This document shows, piece after piece, positions 56,287 through 64,000 of a stretch of 64,000 nucleotides of DNA; positions within the stretch are counted from its first letter, which is position 1; each line of letters begins with the position of its first letter. The position numbers were made by a program, and so were the translations under genes. Source of the stretch: Octopus sinensis. Lineage: Eukaryota. The stretch is from positions 112,096,001 through 112,160,000 of the forward strand of contig NC_042998.1 of NCBI RefSeq assembly GCF_006345805.1. Direction: 5' to 3'. The notes under the pieces are model-generated. The model was not told the DNA's origin and searched no databases. It was given only the letters and a program-made list of their open reading frames with translations.

Positions 56287-57561
56287 AGCACATACATATC
56301 TACACACATGCACATATTTGCATGTAGGTATGTATACATTATATATATGTATATGTGTGTGTGTGTATATGCAAAAATATATGTGAGTTTGTGTGTGTGT
56401 CCTTGTGCAGACAGATAGACAGACAGACAGACAAGCAGATAGATACATACATACATACATACATACATACATACATACAAGCATGTGTGTGTGTGTGTGG
56501 GTGGGTGTATTTTGTATGACCTAGAGAAGGAAAGCCAATGTGCCTGCGCACACATTCCATCACTTCTTTTAATTAATATGTTTAAGTCTACGCAAAAATA
56601 AGTAATGTGTAAAATTTCATATACGTTGGTAATCTGTTGCAATCGTTTTGTTAATCATTGAAGGTCAACCTCAGCATATAGCCTATTATTTTAATCTACA
56701 AAACAGAACGCTTTATCAGCATCAGGTTGAAATCTGATAAATTCTAAAGCAATTTCTCTAACTTCTTAACGGTTCAGGTAACACGCTGTGATAATGTGAA
56801 TGGATTACTGTGAAAGCTAAAATAAATGCATGTAATTGATATAATTAGATTTAAGAGACACATTTTTGGAAATTATTTTGCTTTCAGTATAGAATATAGG
56901 AATATAGAGTAATTTAAAACGTTGATATGTTTTGTGTTAAATTTGTTCAAAGAATTGTAATTATATATCAAAAAAAAAAAAAAAGAAGAAGTGTCCTCTA
57001 TAAATGTGCTTCTAAAAATACACGCCACAATCAACATTAAACATATTTATCCAGAAATCTATTCTGTTAGTAGGGACGTGAGCGACCTGCTGCTTAAAAA
57101 TAAAACTCGTTATAGCAACATTCTAAAAGCATATCTTACAATCAATGAGGTGCTGAGACTGTTTCTTATATTTACAGCTAGTAATTTTCTGGTTAATGTG
57201 ATACCGAAAGGAAATCTATATACTGTAGAAAGAACATTTTTGTTGCAGTTCATTTCATTAGTAACGTAACTAGAAAAAAATGTAATCGAAGTGGGTCGAG
57301 AATTTAATTTTATTCTACAGAACTTTGCACTATTATTTTTATATAAATCTTCTTTAAAGAAGGAAGGGGAAAAAAGCGTCATATTTAAAACAGGATGAAA
57401 CTATGGGGTGTTCTTGCATTTTTTCAAAGGCTAAAGTGGCATCAACGAAGAAAACCATGTAAAATAGGGAATAGTTATCAACTCAAACGTCTGAAATTGG
57501 CTGGAAGTTTATTTCTAAGGACGACGCAATTGTAAAAATTAGATAACAATTGTGAAATATA

Positions 57562-57778
57562 AGACGGCGAGCTGGCAGAGTCGTTAGCACAGCGGACAAA
57601 ATGCTTTGTGGCATTTGGTCCGTCCATTAGTTTTAAGTTCAAATTCCGCCGAGGTCGATTTGCCTTTCATCCTTTCAGGGTCGAAAAAATAAGTACCAAT
57701 TGAGTACTAGAGTCGATGTAATCGGCGTAGCCTATCCTCCGAAGTTGCTGGCCTTGTGCCAAAATGTGAAACCAATAA
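57562..57778 (+). mobile_element. SINE family B monomer
   Basis: Same head and body as 55402. Confidence 0.82.
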
Positions 57779-59347
57779 TTACGAAATATATCAGTGTCAA
57801 AGGGAGAACAACAACACTCATGGCATTCTTCAGTGCCTCAAAAACTGGTGGGAGGAGAAGTGAATGTTATCTTTATATTAGAGATCTGACGGAGTGGACT
57901 TCACTTAAGGCACTTAAGGATCATGTTATTATTCTATACCGAGAGATGGATTAAGTCCACCATTAAGTGATAGACACAATCCTTTCGACAAGTTTTCACA
58001 CAGTTTCTGTCCGCCATATCTCATTCACAAGACCTGAGTAAATGTTGGCCTAAGGGGCCACGTTGTAGGAGTGAACCCGAATGAAGTAGTTACGCAGAGT
58101 GCTTCTTAACCACGACCTCATTCCACTCTGAGGAATCATGTTTTTTATTGCAGTGGTTAGTATCTTCTAAATGCTAAAACAATTCTTGTGGGATGGTCAC
58201 GGTGCACATAATTATTTATACAACATATTCTTCTTTACAAAATTTATATATTAATTAAATAAACTATGTGAAGAATTTCAAGTGCATGAACACACACACG
58301 CGCGTGCGCGCACACAATAAATTATTTGAAAAAAAACGGGAAATACTGTATTCTTTGTTGCTGCTGTTGTTAGCCTCGTATAAGAGCAGATCAACCAAAA
58401 TTTGTGACAGTAATTGTTCTATGACTAGCTTGTCTTTATTTTCAGACATAGAACTACATTATGCTTTGTGCCGTTATGCTCCATTTTAAGGTTAATTTGA
58501 TCGAACTGAAGGAGACTTGAACGTTATTTTTAGCAGATCAAACAGACTGAGTGGAGACAATCCCCCTCGTTGGCTTGGAGTTTTTGGTTTAAGATTAAAA
58601 AAGAGTGAATATCGTATTTTACTATTCCTAATGGCTGTTAAGAATAAAACCCTTAGAGAGAATATAAGTGCCTGACAACCGGGGTATCACGGTTTCAACA
58701 TATTTTAATCTCATCATCTTCGACATAGTCTGTTGAAATTTGTAAATAATCTATAACCTGTCATCAATATATATATAAATTGCAGTATCTGTAAATATCT
58801 CCCGGGATTTCCCCCACCGCACTCATCAAGTGGTGTGAGTTTCACATCACTGTAGACATGGTTGTGCGTTTAAGAAGTTCGCTTCACACCTAATTTCTTT
58901 CGGGTTCGATTCCACCGCGTGATACTTTTAGCAAGTGTTTTTTCTATAACTCATTTCGTCAAAATTCTTTTCTATAACTCATTTCGTCAAAATTCTTTTC
59001 TATAACTCATTTCGTCAAAATACATGGAAACTGTGTGGAAACTAATCGGGGAAGCTGTTGGTGTTGCCGAACCGCTAAGTTACCGCTAAGTTGATAAATG
59101 CACCAACATCGGTTGTCCAGCGAAATGCTTTGTCTCGTTGAAATACTTTGATCATGACTTTTCATGAAGACTGTTTCAATCTGCGTATGGTTATACGCAC
59201 ACTTATGAAATGAAGTTGTTCTGTTATAATGTTTGAGTACATTTGGTAATGTAGATGGACACTTCCTAAGAGTGTAATTTTCTGAAATACACAAATGCAC
59301 ACACACAGATACACAAATACACACAATCACACGCATATATATATATA

Positions 59348-60095
59348 CACTGACGAAAATAAATTTAAGACCGATGATAAAAGTTCTATTTCTTACAAAA
59401 TATCTTGTTACTAACACCATACAAATTATTTTTATCTTTTACACCTTATGCAGAATTTATTTCTCTTTCGAATAATGCAGACAATAACTATTTTTATACA
59501 ACTTGAAGAATTCTAATTCAAAACAAATACAAACGTTTCAAATTTACCGGCAAAATTAATTTAAGACCATGTAATATGTATGCAAATTGTTTTGCCAAAA
59601 TGAGTGGTCACACAACTAGCCTAACTGCACTATATAGTGTTATAATTTAACGTTATTATACAATTGATTAATAAAGGGAAAACAACGTAGCCTCAGTCCA
59701 GTCACGAGAGCAAAAATCGTATTACTCCACCAGCAAAAAGTTTCCTTTTCGAACATCAGCAAGCAACTAAAGTGCAGTGAAACGGCTTGCGTGCAAGCGT
59801 GGAAGTTATACTCGGAGACTGGTCAATATAAAGATCGGCAAAGGACTGGTGCCCCAAGAAAAACGACGGCGCAGTTGGACCGTCGAATCCACTGACTTTC
59901 GGAAGGCAACCAAATGCTGACAGCTGTTGACATTTGTAAACAATTGTCCAGCGAGAATGGTGTTATTTTTACACTACAAACCGTCCGCAACCGTTTGGGA
60001 GAATTTGGACTACATGGACGAATCACTAGGAAAAAGCCAATAATATCAAAACAACGAAAGGGTAGCCGTACAGAGTCAACAGTTGACGAAAACAA
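59348..60095 (+). mobile_element. Tc1-like transposon 5' half (TIR plus N-terminal HTH region)
   Basis: TA-CACTGACGAAAATAAATTTAAGACC start; IVLLH..ETGQYKDRQRTGAPRKTT..TVRNRLGEFGLHGRITRKKP. Confidence 0.85.
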
Positions 60096-60405
60096 ATATT
60101 AAGGGCCGTTAAGCCAACACGCATTGTAATGGGTAACGCATGGGAGAAATTTTGAATGGATATAGAATAAATATAAGAGAAGAAAATAGTAGAAGAGAAA
60201 AACAATGTCGGGAGGCGAGAAGAAACGACATCCAGTTAAGTACGCGTCGCATCCAGAAAGAACAGAGTGTGTTTGCACCCCCGCCCCCAAAATCGCTTGA
60301 CACTGATGTTGCTGTGTTTACGTCCCCGTAACTTAGCGGTTTGGCAAAAGAAACCGATAGAATAAGTAGACAAATGACTGAAATATGTGAAAGAATAAAA
60401 GAATA

Positions 60406-61651
60406 CTGTAAAACTTCGCAATACGAGTGTACCATTGTACGTATAATTCGCTGTACGAGTCGAGGCTCATGCGAATTTTTGTCTTGGAGTACGAGCGGAA
60501 ATCTGTAGTACGAGAGAGTTTCATACAAACGACCGCTTGTCGGCGCTGAGCTTGCACACGCTCTCCCAACAAATGCGGTCTCCGCTCGCTCAGTTCACGT
60601 GTTTATCTCGTTGTGGCAGCATTCCTGTTGTGTTTTCCCCAGTGATTTTGCTTAGTTTTGTGCATTTTTACTATTATTTTATAATGATTAGTTGTGTTAG
60701 CCATGGGTCCTAAGACGATTAGTGCAAAGGACAGTGCTGAGAAGAAGAAAAGCCGATTATGACAAAAATTGAAGAAGGAAATCATTCATAAGCATGAGAG
60801 AGGAGCGCGTGTAGTGGACATAGCACGTCAATATGACCGAAGCACGTCGACGATCTGCACCATCCTGAAGAAAAAAAAACGTGATCACGGCCATTACAAC
60901 AGCAAAGTGTGTCTCCAGGCTCTCTAAGCAATGCACATCTATCCACGAAAGGACGAAAAATTTGCTTCTCCTGTAGATCAACGAGAAGCAAGTCGCAGGG
61001 GATACGATTACGGAGACCATCATCTGCAAGGAAGCACGAGCGTTGAATGAGGATCTCCCGAAGCAGAACCCTGGAATATCGACGGAGGAGATATCAGCAG
61101 ACGCATAAAGGTAGTGTTGGTAAAGTGGCAGTATGTTTCTGAATTTGTAGAAAAATATCATCTTGAAAAGTAGCTCCAGGTCGTGCAGCTGCTTTATTTA
61201 ATGACACTGCTTTGGCGCATTTCCGTAGCATTTTGAAAGGCAGGAAAAAGCAGACTTCTCTTGATATGTTTCCAATGAAACGACCTGCAAGGGTAAAAAG
61301 TGAAGAAAGTGTGTCCAAAATGCCTAAATTAAGCGAAGTGAGAGAGAAAACGCTAGAAATTGTTTTAATAGAATGAAGTTTTAATAGAAGAGGATTCTCA
61401 TTCCAAACAGTAATCCTCCCCACTCTATCGTCCTATCTTTAAGGTAATTTAGTTACTAAAATCAGTTGTAACTACACTTTTTCTGTTTTAAAGCCCATAA
61501 AAAAATTATCTTGGGGTGATTTCGGGGGGGCTGGAACGGTTTAATTAAATTTTAGTTAATTTCAATGAGAAAAATTGATTTATAAAACGAGTAAATCATA
61601 AGAGGAGCTCTGTCATGGAACGAATTAAACTCGTACTGCGAGGTATGACTG
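60406..61651 (+). mobile_element. pogo/Tigger-like element, internally deleted
   Basis: Imperfect TIRs CTGTAAAACTTCGCAATACGAGT and ACTCGTACTGCGAGGTATGACTG with TA flanks; MGPK..KKEII.KHERGARVVDIARQYDRSTSTICTILK (CENP-B/psq-type HTH); DDE core missing. Confidence 0.88.
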
Positions 61652-61712
<61 letters not shown>

Positions 61713-61719
61713 TATATAT

Positions 61720-62265
61720 ACGAGCAAAACTCCCCACGTCCAATGGAAGGTGCTGAGTTGTCAAACATTCAAACCAAATTTTCTCAAAACAACTTGTCCG
61801 ACCATCCCATAGTCCCCCCCTTTGAGAAACACTGATTTAACCTAAATTTGAGACACCAGAAAAAGAAGAAATGACGATAGACTTTTTTTCTATTCCAAAG
61901 AAAAACGATTTTATTCGCACAAATATGCAACCGAAGAGTTTAAAGTACCAGTAATGATAAGGCTGTTGACTGGGAGAACACAAACAGTAAGCTTGGCAAG
62001 AAAGAAACGTGCCTTTAAGCAGTACAAAAACAACAAAAAGTGGAAGGTGCAGTTATATGCAGGTTGACAGAAGAAAAGCAGGACAAAAACGGCTTTATCG
62101 ATCGCATTCTCACCTGGAATCGATTTTTGTAATTTTTTTCAAGACTTATGCACGCCCTGATATCATCGGTATCTACGTATCAAATTTGAGCGCAATCGGA
62201 TGGAGGATGCCCGAGATCCTAGGAGACACACACACAGACAGACAGAACGGATTTTATATAATAGA
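61720..62265 (-). mobile_element. Non-autonomous Helitron-like element
   Basis: Minus-strand 5' end TCTATTATATAAAATCCG-(TCTG)n..CCGATTGCGCTCAAATTTG has the same architecture as the 36578 element; the 3' end is degenerate and its boundary uncertain. Confidence 0.55.
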
Positions 62266-62439
62266 TATATATCCTGCATTCAGGATATATATTATTTGTC
62301 CAGAAGTCTGGAAAATGTCCTGTTTTTCAAATTTTTTTTGTTTTTATGTTTTCGTAAATGTCTGCAAGACCAACAATTACTCATGCAGCAGACTTCTCTC
62401 CACGCCATAGATGTTTCCCAAAGAAGAGGCAACAAGCAC

Positions 62440-63518
62440 CAGTGCCGTCACACGCGAACACAACGTAAAGGGCCGGGACATATACGGCAAAACATTTTGT
62501 TCATCGCTCTAAAAATTCTACCAATCCACTGCATTAGGAAAGTATTTTATTTTACCGGCCCCGGAAGTATAAGACACTAAATTAATCTGGGTGGTATTTG
62601 AACACAAAACATGAAGAACAAGAAGAAATACCGCGTGCAATTTTTTGCCTATTCTTTAATTTTTCTGTCAATCTAATGATCTGGACGGGTAATTCATTTT
62701 TTCCATCCCATAAAGATAAAAGTCAAAGTTGATCTCGTTGCTATTTGAACTCAGAACGTGTCAAGCCGAAACAAATGCCACGAGGCATTTTCTCCAACCT
62801 GCTAACGGTTCTACCGATCCATAATTCTTGACAGGTAGAATCCGAAAGGAGGATGAGAGGCAAGGTCAGAATTTGAACTCAGAATGTAGAGACAGACGAG
62901 ATGTTGTTAAGCATCTTGCTCTACGTGCTAACGATTCTGCCATTTCACTGCCTGGGTTGGAATAAGTATTAATTTCAAATTTTGGCACAAGACCAGCAAT
63001 TTTAATGGAGGGGCTATTAATCCATCGACCCGAAAAAGGATGAAAAGCGGAGTCGACCTCGGCGGAATTTGAACTCAGAACGTAAAAACAGACAAAATAC
63101 CTATTTCTTTACTACCCACTTGGGGCTAAACACAGAGAGGATAAACAAGGATAGACAAACGGATTAAGTCAATTATATCGACCCCAGTGCGTAACTGGTA
63201 CTTATTTAATCGACCTCGAAAGGATGAAAGGCAAAGTCGAACTCGGCGGAATTTGAACTCAGAACGTAACGGCAGACGAAATACTTATTTCTTTACTACC
63301 CACTAGGGACTAAACACAGAGCGGACAAACAAGGACAGACAAATGGATTAAGTCGATTATATCGACTCCAGTGCGTAACTGGTACTTAATCTATCGACCC
63401 CGAAAGTATAAAAAGCAATGTCGACCTCGGCGAAATTTGAACGCGGAACGTAAACACAGACGAAATACCGCTAAGCATTTCGCCCAACGTGCTAACGTTT
63501 CTGCCAGCTCACCGCCTT
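62440..63518 (-). mobile_element. SINE family B array: one head plus three ~184 bp body repeats (63025-63518), next to older degenerate copies
   Basis: The GTCGA.CTCGGCG.AATTTGAAC.C.GAACGTAA unit recurs, with units starting at ~63026, ~63211 and ~63395; head at 63460-63518. Confidence 0.88.
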
Positions 63519-64000
63519 AGTCGGAATAAATATTGCGAAGTGTTTTCTCCGATGCTCTAACGAGTCTACAAACCCACCACCTTTCCTCACCTTTACATTT
63601 CTTTTTACTTATATTTTCTACGTATTTATAGATGAATATGTATTTATTTTCTTTAAAGTGCTTTTTTCTAAAGATTTTTATTTCTGTTATCATTGTTTTT
63701 TTTTTAACCATTATATATTTAATGTCATATTTAATATTGTTCCATTCTTCAGCCGTATGTCGCACATAATATCGTAATATGTAATACTCTGTCGAGCCGA
63801 AGATATAATTGATGAATAAGAAGAAGGAGGGTAATCTGCTGACCTGGACACGTTCAGATGCAATAAATCTTTACAAATGAAATATTACCATATTTCTTTC
63901 GACATTCGACAACCTTTAACAATCCCATGCGCATGTGCACACTGCATACATATATGCATGTATCATTATGTATGTGTGTGTGTGTGTGTGTTTGTGTGTG

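Noticed and set aside
58938-59020. ~29 bp triplication TTTCTATAACTCATTTCGTCAAAATTC (also the ~32 bp duplication at ~32804-32867)
   Set aside because: These are ordinary local slippage duplications inside decayed repeats.
63025-63518. CRISPR-like or regularly spaced repeat array
   Set aside because: The whole ~184 bp units are homologous, with no unique spacers; the context is a eukaryotic SINE and no cas genes are present.

Overview
This is AT-rich, repeat-saturated eukaryotic non-coding DNA, most likely a cephalopod (octopus-type) intron or intergenic region. That assignment is inferred from the very dense (TA)n/(CA)n/(TATG)n/(GATA)n microsatellites and the recurrent tRNA-headed SINE families. 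I found no credible host protein-coding gene; nearly all listed ORFs are microsatellite read-throughs. Recognisable coding remnants are all decayed transposons: near-full-length mariner and Tc1 copies, other Tc1/mariner and pogo/Tigger fragments, CR1-like, RTE and R4/Dong-like LINEs, Helitron pieces, MITEs and a possible Ty3/gypsy relic. The most notable signal is a set of type I hammerhead ribozyme (HHR) motifs in non-coding, Penelope-like (pLTR)/retrozyme-like repeats. These are a partial-tandem element with two intact-looking HHRs 607 nt apart (13578-14575), a canonical HHR preceded by its own antisense leader (52634-52814), a ~437 bp palindrome with HHR-like cores on both strands (38571-39007) and about ten more relics. 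Several have unusually long stem II hairpins. There is also a ~1.14 kb near-perfect inverted duplication at the 3' end of a Dong-like LINE, inside a TSD-bounded composite insertion. All calls were made by eye, without database searches or folding software.
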